Counted from the first letter of the stretch, positions 19,826 through 29,455 are shown. The stretch is 64,000 bases of DNA from Candidatus Binatia bacterium (GCA_951813575.1 OX638375.1:3498752-3562751), one strand, 5' to 3'. Program-made: numbers and translations. The notes: generated by a model not told the origin, from the sequence alone.

Positions 19826-21646
19826 TCATGGGATGAGCGTTCGGGCAATGCGGAACCCGCTGCTGTTGCCCCGGAGCCCGGCGGAGAGCCTGACGCGGAA
19901 GGCCGACCGGAGGATCCACGGCTTGTTGAGCCAGGAACCGCCGCGCAACACGCGGGAGTCACAGTCCCGGCTGGACGTCCAAGCGCTTCCGTCCGTCGGA
20001 GCTCCCAAGTAATTCTCATGCCAGCAGTCCTCCACCCACTCCCATACATTGCCGTGTACATCATGCAAACCAAAATCGTTCGCCGCGAAAGAACCCACCG
20101 GAACTGTCTTACTCCGACGCATGCCCTTGCGACCCGATCCATACGTATAGTGTCCGTTGTAGTTCGCCTGAGCCGTTGAGATCGTGGACCCAAAGTGGAA
20201 CGGCCCCGTCGTCCCCGCTCGCGCCACGTACTCCCATTCCGACTCACTCAACAGCCGGTACCTCTTCCCCGTCTCCCGCGACAGCCACTCCACGTACGAC
20301 TTCGCGTCCCTCCAACTCACATTGATCACCGGACGACGACCACGACCCCATCCTCCGTCATCCGGCCGGTATCCGCCACACCCTCCCCCCGCCACGCACG
20401 CATCCCATTCCCCAAACGTTACCTCGTACTTCCCTACCGCAAGCGGCCCCGGTATCCTCACCCGGTGACGCGGTTCTTCGTCGATACTGCGCTCCGCTTC
20501 GTCCAGTGGCGAACCCATCATGTAACTCCCGCCAAGTATCGCCACCATCTCCGGACACTCAGCGCAATCGCGGAATACGAACGCTCTCAAAACAGCCGAG
20601 TCCCGGCGCACCAGCGCCACCCCCACCGCCGTCTTGCCCTTCGGCCCTCTGATCGCAATGTCTGCCCCCGCCTTCACCAACAACTCGATGATCTCCGAAT
20701 GTCCGTGCACCGAAGCCATGAACAGCGCCGTCGCCCCGTCCGCCACCTGGACATCCGGGTCCGCCTTCGCCTTCAACAGCGGCCCCACCATCAGCTTGTA
20801 TCCCTTGTTCGCCGCATGCATCAGCGCTGTCCAGCCCCGCCCGTCCCGAGCGTTCACGTCCGCACCGGCCTTCAGTGCCGCGTTCAATCCGTCGATGTCT
20901 CCCGCACTGACCGCCCGGTGAAGCACATCCGGGCGCGGAGCCGGCGCGACAGGCCGGCGCGGCCGGGCGGGTTGCGTCGACTTCTTTTCCGTTCCACCCC
21001 GCTGACGCTTCGCTACCGCCCTCAGAACCCGGATCCCGTCCGGTGTCAATTCATCGGATGGCGCCAGCCTGGCGTCGCGCAGAAACGCCCCATAGGCCTT
21101 CGCCGTACGGCCGCCCCATTGGCCATCCGCGGGCCCCGGCTTATAACCGAGTACTGCCAGCAATTCCTGGGCCTCCCTAATCACCTGGACGGGCGGCGGT
21201 CCCGCAACCTGACGGGCGGGAGCGGTAGAGGGTCGCTTCGCAGTCGCCGGAGCCGGCTTGTCGCCTCCCGCCGCCGACTGCCACGCCCTGGCGCGATCTT
21301 GCGCTGTGGCTACCTGCTGCGGCGTCATCTTCGCGGCCAGCGTGTCGCGCTCCTTCAACGCCTCCATCTCGCCCCGGCTGGCCGCAAGATTGAACCACAT
21401 GTGCGCCAGCACGTAGTCCTGCGGCGCGCCCAACCCCTTGAGATACAGCCGCCCCAGAGCCAGCATCGCCCGGCGGTCCCCCGCGCCCGCGCCCGCCCGC
21501 CACTGTTCCAGCGCCTCAGCCGGGCGACCCGCCTTCCAGGCCTGCTCCCCCGCTTCATAGTCCGCTACGGCCGGAGGCGTACAGAAGATCAGCAATGATA
21601 TAGTCAACGCCGCGGAACGGATTGCATGCCGAATGTCTATTCTCAT
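19826..21646 (-). CDS. DGR target protein: secreted multidomain protein (signal peptide, Sel1 repeats, PG-binding domain, ankyrin repeats) with a C-terminal FGE-sulfatase/C-type-lectin-fold domain carrying the variable region
   Basis: Start MRIDIRHAIRSAALTISLLIFCTPPAVA (signal peptide, GGAG upstream). Sel1-like LALGRLYLKGLG, PG_binding_1-like ELLAVLGYKPGPADGQWG, ANK repeats (GWTALMHAANKG..GATALFMASVHGH) and FGE hallmarks (YRLLSESEWEYVARAG, GNVWEWVED, RVLRGGSW). Confidence 0.8.
   Translation of the reverse strand: MRIDIRHAIRSAALTISLLIFCTPPAVADYEAGEQAWKAGRPAEALEQWRAGAGAGDRRAMLALGRLYLKGLGAPQDYVLAHMWFNLAASRGEMEALKERDTLAAKMTPQQVATAQDRARAWQSAAGGDKPAPATAKRPSTAPARQVAGPPPVQVIREAQELLAVLGYKPGPADGQWGGRTAKAYGAFLRDARLAPSDELTPDGIRVLRAVAKRQRGGTEKKSTQPARPRRPVAPAPRPDVLHRAVSAGDIDGLNAALKAGADVNARDGRGWTALMHAANKGYKLMVGPLLKAKADPDVQVADGATALFMASVHGHSEIIELLVKAGADIAIRGPKGKTAVGVALVRRDSAVLRAFVFRDCAECPEMVAILGGSYMMGSPLDEAERSIDEEPRHRVRIPGPLAVGKYEVTFGEWDACVAGGGCGGYRPDDGGWGRGRRPVINVSWRDAKSYVEWLSRETGKRYRLLSESEWEYVARAGTTGPFHFGSTISTAQANYNGHYTYGSGRKGMRRSKTVPVGSFAANDFGLHDVHGNVWEWVEDCWHENYLGAPTDGSAWTSSRDCDSRVLRGGSWLNKPWILRSAFRVRLSAGLRGNSSGFRIARTLIP
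19829..19960 (-). other. Putative DGR variable region (VR) at the 3' end of the target gene
   Basis: The C-terminal codons are ctc aac aag ccg tgg atc ctc cgg tcg gcc ttc cgc gtc agg ctc tcc gcc ggg ctc cgg ggc aac agc agc ggg ttc. A run of NNC codons (ctc, aac, atc, ttc, gtc, ggc, agc) sits at the positions that are AAC in template repeats of FGE-fold DGR targets. Confidence 0.5.
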
Positions 21647-22099
21647 CCTGATTGAACTCCGTGGCGAAAGGCTTCCTGAAACCTTCGAAGGGCACTCCGC
21701 CGTCCGCACCCGCCCATACCAACAGCCACCGCATTGGCGCAGAGTGGACTGGTAGGTAGTTTCCAACTCCTCCCTCCGCCCTCCGATACATCGCCTTGCA
21801 GTGCGGCCGTGGCTTAACCTGGAGGTCACACGTTGGTTTCCAGCACAACCCGTCTTCCGACTGGATAAACCCTCGAACAAAAGTCTTCAACGGCGGCGGT
21901 CCAAAGCACCGCCGTCAGGCAGGAGACGAGCCCCCATTTCGCGCTAACGCTCATGCCATCATTCTCCGCGTTACAACGGCGGGAGTGGATCGACCCGCAC
22001 GCTTTTCGCCCCTCGGTCCCTTGAGAACGTCCGAACTATGGCTAGAGACAGAAGCGCTGGCGGACTCGATGCTACCTCTATGCACGGGAACCGGCCAAC

Positions 22100-22537
22100 G
22101 ATTATTGAATGCTGCCACAACTCCGTTTTCTACAATCTCTAGAATAGGTACCACGACTACCTCCAGTTCCCGCTGGTCGTCGTGTCCTTTGTTGCTCCAG
22201 ATAGCGTTGGCGTTCCGCCTGGCGCTGCCGGTTGAACTGAATAATGTTCTGAAGCGTATTCTGGAATGCCTTCTGTGCGCCCCCGCTGCCTCCGAAGGTG
22301 GTGGTGCTGGGTGCGCTTGAGCCCAACTGCTTCTTCCAGGCTGCCGCGGCTTCGCGCTCCTTGAGCAAAAGTCTTCAACGGCCGGAAGACGGCCGTGGAG
22401 GCGCATTTGACGGTGTCTCGGGCGTTCTCCAAAGCATCGCGAAGACCTGCCTCCGCGGAAGGAGCAGCCAACGCCACCCCAGCGGCTAGGGCCGCGGGCA
22501 GAACGGTGGAGCGAAAACATTTCGGCAAACGAGTCAT
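22100..22537 (-). pseudogene. Possible frameshifted small secreted protein (signal peptide, then Q/R-rich region in a second frame)
   Basis: ORF 22157..22537 starts MTRLPKCFRSTVLPAALAAGVALAAPSAEA (signal peptide). The plausible continuation AWKKQLGSSAP..QNTLQNIIQFNRQRQAERQRYLEQQR is in the +1 frame (ORF 22102..22368). Confidence 0.25.
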
Positions 22538-22547
22538 CTCGTGCCCC

Positions 22548-23030
22548 CTATTCGGTCAGCGACGTCAGGAACAGCCGTTGCAACCCGCAACTCCCTCCGC
22601 TCAGCCGGCAAAGAGCGAAGACATAGAGACGGCCGTCCTCCGGAAGTGACGCCACCATCAGGCGATGGTTCCCGCCCGCATCGAGCGTCATGTCGAGTCG
22701 CAGTCCCGCGACGAATCCCGCGGGGAGACGCGCCAGCGCGCTGGCGGTTGCGGCGTCCGTGTCGGGAGCGCCGGCCCGGATCGCGGCCGCATCCCTGGCC
22801 GCGAGCGCGTCATCGATCCTCTCCAGCGTCGGACCGAGCCACACCGGGCGGCCCGCGGCCCATTGCACGCGCATCGCCATATTCCACGCCAGCCGTGGAA
22901 AAACCGCGCGCATGTCGTTCGCCGCGGCCGCGAATGTCACGCCATCCCGGAAGCCCTCCAGAGCCGTAGCCGGATGGGCCTTGCGAAACGATCCGAGCCG
23001 CCGGGCCGGGATGTCGCGGAGAGCCGCCAT
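22548..23030 (-). CDS. Hypothetical protein (no family recognised)
   Basis: 172-aa ORF 22548..23066, with MAALRDIPARRL as the likely start. Composition is protein-like but there is no identifiable motif. Confidence 0.3.
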   Translation of the reverse strand: MAALRDIPARRLGSFRKAHPATALEGFRDGVTFAAAANDMRAVFPRLAWNMAMRVQWAAGRPVWLGPTLERIDDALAARDAAAIRAGAPDTDAATASALARLPAGFVAGLRLDMTLDAGGNHRLMVASLPEDGRLYVFALCRLSGGSCGLQRLFLTSLTE

Positions 23031-23300
23031 CGGTCCAGCCTTGTCCTTGGTCCATGGGGGTTGCAACGCGACGGGCGCCGCAGCATCGGCAAATCCGCCC
23101 TGCCGATGTCGGCGACACGGCGCTTGCCGAGCCGCGGGAGGATACGCCCGTCGATGATCTTTCGATGGAGCGCGGCGGTGGCGGGCTTCAGATGGCCGGG
23201 CGCGTACTCGTCCATGAAGCGCCGGGCGAGGTCGGCCATGGTGGCGCCGCCCGCCTTGCGGGGAGTCTTCCCTTCGAGGTCGCGCCCGGTCCTGGCGAGG
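22950..23300 (-). pseudogene. Tyrosine integrase N-terminal (core-binding/SAM-like) fragment, degenerate
   Basis: The minus-strand frame reads ..GRDLEGKTPRKAGGATMADLARRFMDEYAPGHLKPATAALHRKIIDGRILPRLGKRRVADIGRADL. This resembles P4-type integrase core-binding domains (TFxEvAxxWlexHxxxlkpsTxxxyxxxLexxilPxlGxxxixeI). No catalytic domain follows. Confidence 0.4.
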
Positions 23301-23970
23301 GTGACGATCTCTGCGGCGCGCGGCCGCCGGGGTGATGGGACCGCGGATTTTCCGACCGTCCCCCGGTCGAACTCTCCGGCATCAGCTGGACACGAAACCG
23401 GCGATTGACCCCGGCCCGGCGGGGCGCTACGGTGACTTTCTCCGAGGCACCAAACTGACTTGAGGACATACGCGCGCTTGCAGCGACTTAGTATTGGTTG
23501 AATGGGGTTACATATCGATTACGGCTCAAATGAGAATATTCCTAACATATTGATAAATAGGCCAAAAAACGATTTCAATGCAGAAAGGACCCGCAGATTC
23601 ATAACGCTATTTGTGAGACAGGACACTAGATAGTTAGCTGTTCCTGGTAAGATCGACCTCCATTTGAGTCGAGGACGATCATTCGGCGGCGGACCAGTCG
23701 GAGGGATCGACCGCCGGCCGGAATGGATCGTGGACACGAAGGCATCTTGCCTTGAACTCTGCCTCGCCCATGGTTGCCATTGGATTCACCTCTTACGCAG
23801 GGAGCACCTGAAAATATACAACAGTACACTCATAGTATACATGTTCAAGCTGTGCTGTCCGATCGCGATACCTGTCGAGCCCCGATTCGCACCCCGCTAC
23901 ACTATCTGTTAAAAATTTTCCCATCTCGCTCCGAAACCCACGAACGACACCGGGGCCGGGAGGATGCAGC

Positions 23971-24903
23971 TTGATCGAGGTCGAGGGTCTCACCCGAAAG
24001 TATGGTGATCTGGTGGCGGTGGACGATGTCTCCTTTTCCATCGGGAAGGGGGAGGTCGTCGGCCTGCTGGGGCATAACGGCGCCGGCAAGACCACCATCA
24101 TGCGCATGCTCACCGGCTACATCGAGCCCACCGCGGGGTCGGTGGTCATCGACGGCATGCCGCTCTACGAAGCGCGACTGAGCATCCAGCGGAAGATAGG
24201 CTATCTGTCCGAGAACGCTCCGCTTTACCCGGACATGTCGGTGGTGCGCTACCTGGAGTACGTGGCCGATCTGCGCGGCGTCCCGCGCGCCGGCCGTCCG
24301 GCCGTGCTCAGGCGGGCGCTGGAGCGGACATGGCTGACGGACCGGTCCCTGGATCCGGTGGGCACGCTTTCGAAGGGCTACAAGCAGCGGCTGGGGGTGG
24401 CCCAGGCCATCGTGCACGAGCCGGAGATCCTGATCCTCGACGAGCCCACCAACGGTCTGGACCCCACGCAGATCTTCCAGATGCGGTCGCTGGTCCGGGA
24501 CTTGAGCGAGAACGCCACCATCATCGTCTCCACGCACGTCCTTCAGGAGGTGGAGGCGATTTGCGAACGAGTGATCATCATGGTGCAGGGACGCATCGCG
24601 GTGGATGCCCGGCTGAGCGAGCTGCAGCAGTCCCACCGGTTGGTGGTGGGGCTCGGCAAACCGTCCGACGACGCGGCGGAACGGCTCGGGGAGATTCCGG
24701 GAGTGGGGATGGTGTCGCCGGCGGAGGGGCTCCGCGGGGAGAGCTACGCCCTCGAGCTTGAGATCCCCGTCGACGAGGTGGCCCCCGGCGTGGCCAGGGA
24801 GGCGGTCGAACGCGGCTGGGAGCTCTTTCGCATGAGCGAGGAGGCCCGTACCCTGGAGACCGTGTTCCGCGAGGTGGGGGAGAGAGGCGGCCATGTCCGG
24901 TAG
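23971..24903 (+). CDS. ABC transporter ATP-binding protein (ABC-2 / GldA-like)
   Basis: Walker A GHNGAGKTT, signature LSKGYKQRL, Walker B ILILDEP and H-loop STHVL. TTG start. Confidence 0.85.
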   Translation: MIEVEGLTRKYGDLVAVDDVSFSIGKGEVVGLLGHNGAGKTTIMRMLTGYIEPTAGSVVIDGMPLYEARLSIQRKIGYLSENAPLYPDMSVVRYLEYVADLRGVPRAGRPAVLRRALERTWLTDRSLDPVGTLSKGYKQRLGVAQAIVHEPEILILDEPTNGLDPTQIFQMRSLVRDLSENATIIVSTHVLQEVEAICERVIIMVQGRIAVDARLSELQQSHRLVVGLGKPSDDAAERLGEIPGVGMVSPAEGLRGESYALELEIPVDEVAPGVAREAVERGWELFRMSEEARTLETVFREVGERGGHVR

Positions 24904-27793
24904 CATCTGGAGCATCGCCAAGAAGGAGTTCTCCACCTATTTTTCCTCGCCGGTGGCGTTCATCTTCCTGGGGACGTTCTCGGCCGTGTGCCTGTTCATC
25001 TTCTTCTGGGTCGAGCAGTTCTTCGCGCGCAACATCGTCGATGCAAGGCCGTTGTTCGAGTGGATGCCGATCCTGCTCATCTTTCTCAGCGCGGCCCTGA
25101 CCATGAAGATGTGGAGCGAAGAACGGCGCATGGAGACCCTGGAGTTCCTCTTCACCATGCCGGTGAAGACGCTCCATCTGGTGCTGGGCAAGTTCCTGGC
25201 CTGTCTGGGGCTGGTGGCCATCGCCCTGGCGCTGACCTTGGGCGTCCCGGTCACCGTCTCGTTCATGGGACCCCTGGACTGGGGCCCGGTGCTGGGCGCC
25301 TACACGGCGTCGCTGCTGCTGGCGGCGGCCTACTGCTCCATCGGCCTCTACATCAGCGCGCGGAACGAGAGCCAGATCGCCAGCCTCATCCTCACCACCG
25401 TCATCGGCTTCGTGTTCTACCTGCTGGGGTCCCTGACGTTCGGTTTCCTGGCCGGCGTCCAGTGGGCCGAATACCTTGGTCTGGCGGCCACGGGCGTCCG
25501 CTTCGAGTCCATCACCCGGGGCGTCCTGGACCTCCGGGACATCTACTACTACGTCAGCATCGTCGGCGTTTTTCTCGCCCTGAACGTCTTCTCACTGGAG
25601 CGGCTGCGGTGGTCCCGGGAGGGCCAGAAGACACGCCACCGCGCTTGGCGGGCCGTGACCGCGCTGGTGGTGCTCAATTTCGTCCTGGCCAACTTCTGGC
25701 TCCACCGCGGACTGACCGCGCGCGCGGACCTCACGGCGGGAAAGGACTACTCCATTTCCCAGGCGACCCGGGACCTCGTCGCCCAGTTGCAGGAGCCGCT
25801 GCTCATCCGGGGTTACTTCAGCGCCCGCACCCATCCGGTGCTGGCTCCGCTGATGCCTCGGATCCGCGATACCATTCGCGAGATCGAGTCCCTCAGCGGC
25901 GGCCGCGTGCGCGCGGAGTTCGTGGACCCACGGGAGGAGCCCGATCTCGAGGAGGAGGCCAATCAGCGCTACGGCATCCGGCCGATCCCCTTCCGGACAG
26001 AGGACCGCTACCAGACCTCGCTGGTCAACTCGTACTTCGACCTGCTGCTCCAGTACGGCGACAAGCACGAAGTGCTGCGGTTCCAGGATCTGATCGAGAT
26101 CAAGGGCGGGCGGACGGGAACCAACATTCGCCTGCGGAACCTCGAGTACGATCTGGCCCGGGCCATCAAGAAGGTGCTTTACGGCTTTCAGGACATCGGC
26201 GCGCTGTTCGCCGGCATCGATCAGCCGGTGGAACTCCGGGGATACATCTCGTCGGTGGAGAAGCTGCCGAAGTCCATCGCGCCCTTCAAGCGGCAGTTGC
26301 TGACGTCGCTGAGGGAGCTCCGCAAGGAGTCGGAGGGAAAGTTCAAGTACGAGATCATCGATCCCGAGACCGAGGGCGTGGCCGAGCAACTGGCCCAACA
26401 GTACGGCTTCCGCCCCATGGCGGCGGGACTCTTCGATCCGAAACGCTTCTACTTCTACATGGTCATGAAGAACAACGGCAGCACGGTGCAGGTGCCCCTG
26501 CCCGGTAAGCTGAACCAGGAGTCCGCCAAGCGGAGCGTGGAGTCGGCGCTCCGCAGGTTTGCCCCCGGGTTCATCAAGACCGTCGGCTTCCACACCCCGC
26601 CGCCGGAGCCCCGGCAGCCGGGAGCGCGCTTCCAGCCGCCGCCCCGGCAGTTCCGGCTCGTGCTGCAGAAGCTCAGGCAGAACTACCGCCTCGCCGAGGT
26701 GGACCTCAAGTCCGGGCTGGTGCCGGAGAACGTGGACCTGCTGCTGCTCGCGGCGCCCAAGGAGCTGACGCCGAAGCAGCGGTTCGCCGTGGACCAGTTT
26801 CTCATGAAGGGCGGCTCGGTGGCGGCGTTGACCTCGCCCTATACCGTGGCCCGCACCCCGGCCGGTCTGGCCGCCAGCCGTTACACCTCCGGCCTCGAAC
26901 CGCTGCTGGAGCACTACGGCGTGACGGTGCAGAAGACCCTGGTGCTCGATCCGCGGAACGAGCCATTTCCGGTGTTCGTGAACCGCCAGGTGGGCGCCTT
27001 CACCGCCCGTGAGCTGCAGCTCGTGCCGTACCCCTACTTCGTCGACGTCCGGGACGAGAGCCTGAACCAGGACAATCCCATCACCTCCCGGCTGCCCCAG
27101 TTGACTCTGAGCTGGGCCTCGCCGCTCACGCTTCCCGACGAACAGGACGGCGGCATCACCGCGACGCCGCTGCTTTCCAGTTCCGGGGCGTCCTGGGTGT
27201 CGAGTTCCCTGAAGGTCCATCCGGATTACAAGGTCCACCCGAAGCTGGGGTTCGAGAAGGAGGGCCAACCCAAGGGGCGGGTGCTGGCCGCGGTGGTGGA
27301 AGGCAGTTTCCGTTCCTACTACGCGGGCAAGGACTCGCCGTTGCTGGCCGGGGAAGACGGCGGTGAAGCGAAACCCTCGCCGCCCGGGGGCGGCGAGGCC
27401 GCGGAAAAGAAGGACGGCGAGGAGGAGCCGGTGGTGACCGGCATGATCGAAAAGTCGCCGGAGTCGGCCCGCATCATCCTGGTCGGTTCCAATGAGGCAT
27501 TCACCGACCAGATGCTTCAATTGTCACGCGCGGCAAACAACGACCGGTTCGTGAACTCGCTGCAGTTCCTGGAGAACGTGGTGGACTGGGCCTTGGAGGA
27601 CCGCGCCCTCCTGTCCATCCGGAGCCGCGCCCACTTCGCCCGGACCCTCGTCCCCATGACCCGCGAGCGGAAGGCGTTCTGGGAGTACCTGAACTACGGC
27701 ATCGTGCTGATGGGCCTGGCGTTGATCTACGGCGGCTACCGGTATCACCTGCGCCGGCTGCGCGACCAATACGAGAGAACGCTGGCGGCGTAG
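24893..27793 (+). CDS. ABC-2 family permease fused to a GldG-like periplasmic domain (GldF-GldG-type fusion)
   Basis: The N-terminal 240 aa has six-TM ABC-2 permease character. A long soluble middle follows, then a C-terminal TM helix (GIVLMGLALIYGGYRY). The gene overlaps the ATPase gene stop. Confidence 0.7.
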   Translation: MSGSIWSIAKKEFSTYFSSPVAFIFLGTFSAVCLFIFFWVEQFFARNIVDARPLFEWMPILLIFLSAALTMKMWSEERRMETLEFLFTMPVKTLHLVLGKFLACLGLVAIALALTLGVPVTVSFMGPLDWGPVLGAYTASLLLAAAYCSIGLYISARNESQIASLILTTVIGFVFYLLGSLTFGFLAGVQWAEYLGLAATGVRFESITRGVLDLRDIYYYVSIVGVFLALNVFSLERLRWSREGQKTRHRAWRAVTALVVLNFVLANFWLHRGLTARADLTAGKDYSISQATRDLVAQLQEPLLIRGYFSARTHPVLAPLMPRIRDTIREIESLSGGRVRAEFVDPREEPDLEEEANQRYGIRPIPFRTEDRYQTSLVNSYFDLLLQYGDKHEVLRFQDLIEIKGGRTGTNIRLRNLEYDLARAIKKVLYGFQDIGALFAGIDQPVELRGYISSVEKLPKSIAPFKRQLLTSLRELRKESEGKFKYEIIDPETEGVAEQLAQQYGFRPMAAGLFDPKRFYFYMVMKNNGSTVQVPLPGKLNQESAKRSVESALRRFAPGFIKTVGFHTPPPEPRQPGARFQPPPRQFRLVLQKLRQNYRLAEVDLKSGLVPENVDLLLLAAPKELTPKQRFAVDQFLMKGGSVAALTSPYTVARTPAGLAASRYTSGLEPLLEHYGVTVQKTLVLDPRNEPFPVFVNRQVGAFTARELQLVPYPYFVDVRDESLNQDNPITSRLPQLTLSWASPLTLPDEQDGGITATPLLSSSGASWVSSSLKVHPDYKVHPKLGFEKEGQPKGRVLAAVVEGSFRSYYAGKDSPLLAGEDGGEAKPSPPGGGEAAEKKDGEEEPVVTGMIEKSPESARIILVGSNEAFTDQMLQLSRAANNDRFVNSLQFLENVVDWALEDRALLSIRSRAHFARTLVPMTRERKAFWEYLNYGIVLMGLALIYGGYRYHLRRLRDQYERTLAA

Positions 27794-27815
27794 CCGGGTT
27801 GGAAGGGTTTTCCGC

Positions 27816-28742
27816 GTGAGCCGATCGATCAAGCTCTTGCTGTCGTTGCTGGTCCTCCAGGCCGGTCTGGTGGTGTGGGTCAACCTCCCGAGCGACGACA
27901 CCGGCGCCCTGGAGGCGGACAAGCCGCTCCTGACCGTGGACCGCGGCAGCATGGACGCGGTGACCATCGAGCGGCAGGACAAGTCGACGCTGCGCCTCGC
28001 CCGCAAGGACGGCGGCTGGGTGCTGGCCGACAAGAGCGACTTCCCGGTGTTGCCGGCCAGGTTCGAGAAGTTCGCGGACAAGCTCCTCAACGCCAAACGC
28101 TCCTGGCCCGTGGGCAAGACCCTGGTGGCGGCCAGGCAGTTCAAGGTGACGCCGGTCCGTTTCGAACGGCGGGTGCGGTTCCTCCAGGGGACGGAGGTGC
28201 TGGGCGACGTTTTCCTCGGCTCATCGCCCGGGTTCCGCAGGGTCCACGCCCGTCTCGACGGCGACGACCACACCTACGCCATCGACTTCAACGCTTTCGA
28301 CGCTCCGGCGGAGGCGGGACAGTGGTACGATACCGAGTTGCTCAAGACGGCGGTGGAGGATATCGTCCGCATCGACCTGGGGGCCTACACGTTGAAGGCC
28401 GGCGACGGCGGGTTCGAGGTGGAGGGGCTGCGAGAGGACGAACGGACCGATGAGGAAGGGGTCCGGAAGGTCGTGGAGCGCGTGTCGGAGGTGGGTTTCA
28501 TCGACGTGCTGTTCAAGGACGGCAAGACGCTCTTCGATGCGGGCAAGCGGGTGCTGGAGTACACCATCGAGATGAAGGAGGGATCGCCGGTCGCCCATAC
28601 GGTGGTAGCCCCGGAGGAGGGTGACGACTACATCCTCAAGAGCTCCGCCCATCCGCACTACTTCAAGGTGGTCCGGAATCGGTTCGACGAGCTTCGCGAC
28701 ACGAGCCGGGCACAGTTGGTCAAGGGCGCTGAATCAGGTTGA
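27816..28742 (+). CDS. DUF4340-domain protein (commonly partnered with GldG-like ABC systems)
   Basis: N-terminal TM anchor MSRSIKLLLSLLVLQAGLVVWV, then a soluble domain. Position downstream of the GldFG-like fusion. Confidence 0.55.
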   Translation: MSRSIKLLLSLLVLQAGLVVWVNLPSDDTGALEADKPLLTVDRGSMDAVTIERQDKSTLRLARKDGGWVLADKSDFPVLPARFEKFADKLLNAKRSWPVGKTLVAARQFKVTPVRFERRVRFLQGTEVLGDVFLGSSPGFRRVHARLDGDDHTYAIDFNAFDAPAEAGQWYDTELLKTAVEDIVRIDLGAYTLKAGDGGFEVEGLREDERTDEEGVRKVVERVSEVGFIDVLFKDGKTLFDAGKRVLEYTIEMKEGSPVAHTVVAPEEGDDYILKSSAHPHYFKVVRNRFDELRDTSRAQLVKGAESG

Positions 28743-28819
28743 CAGGGCGTCCGGTGGTCGGATACCTTCCCTGGATCGGCCCACTCGACCCACACGCCAC
28801 AGAACCAGGAGGAGACACC

Positions 28820-29455
28820 ATGAGCGCACGTCCCATGCCCATCCAGGAAAACGAGCCGTCGGCCGCCAAGCGATTCATCGCGGCTATCCGGCAATTGCAC
28901 GCGGACGAGCCGGACGTGGACAAACGCTGGCAGGAGATGGGATCGCTGCTGAGCGAGCTGCTGTCGGCTCCCAGCGTAAAGGCACAGTCCGAGCAGTGGC
29001 CCGACTGCGATCAGGGCGGGCTGTCCGCGGCCGAGGGCGGCCAGCGGGCGCAGAACCTCCTCCTCTACGAGGATCCGGACCACGGATTCGTCATCAACGG
29101 GCTGGTGAAGGCGCCGGGGACCCGCACCAGCATTCACGACCACGCCCACAACTGGACGCTTTACGGGGTGCTGGACGGCCGCGAGACCATCGAGCGCTAC
29201 GAACGGCTGGACGACGGCTCCAAGCCGGACTACGCCGAGGTCCGCAAGACCGAGAACGCTCAGGTGGAGCCCGGCAAGATCGACCTGGTGCGCCCGTGGC
29301 AGATTCACGCGGAGCAGAGCGGGGAGGAACGCACCGTCGCCATCATCGTGCGGGCCGAAAAACCCGGCGGCTTCCTCCAGGGCCGCTACGACCCCGAGAC
29401 CTGCAAGTACTGGCAGGGATACGGGCCGACGCAGATACCCTACGAGTTCGAATAG
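28820..29455 (+). CDS. Cupin-type dioxygenase (cysteine dioxygenase type I-like)
   Basis: HDHAHNWTLYGVLDGRE..., then the second His region (WQIHAEQ). AGGAGG lies before ATG 28820. Confidence 0.5.
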   Translation: MSARPMPIQENEPSAAKRFIAAIRQLHADEPDVDKRWQEMGSLLSELLSAPSVKAQSEQWPDCDQGGLSAAEGGQRAQNLLLYEDPDHGFVINGLVKAPGTRTSIHDHAHNWTLYGVLDGRETIERYERLDDGSKPDYAEVRKTENAQVEPGKIDLVRPWQIHAEQSGEERTVAIIVRAEKPGGFLQGRYDPETCKYWQGYGPTQIPYEFE

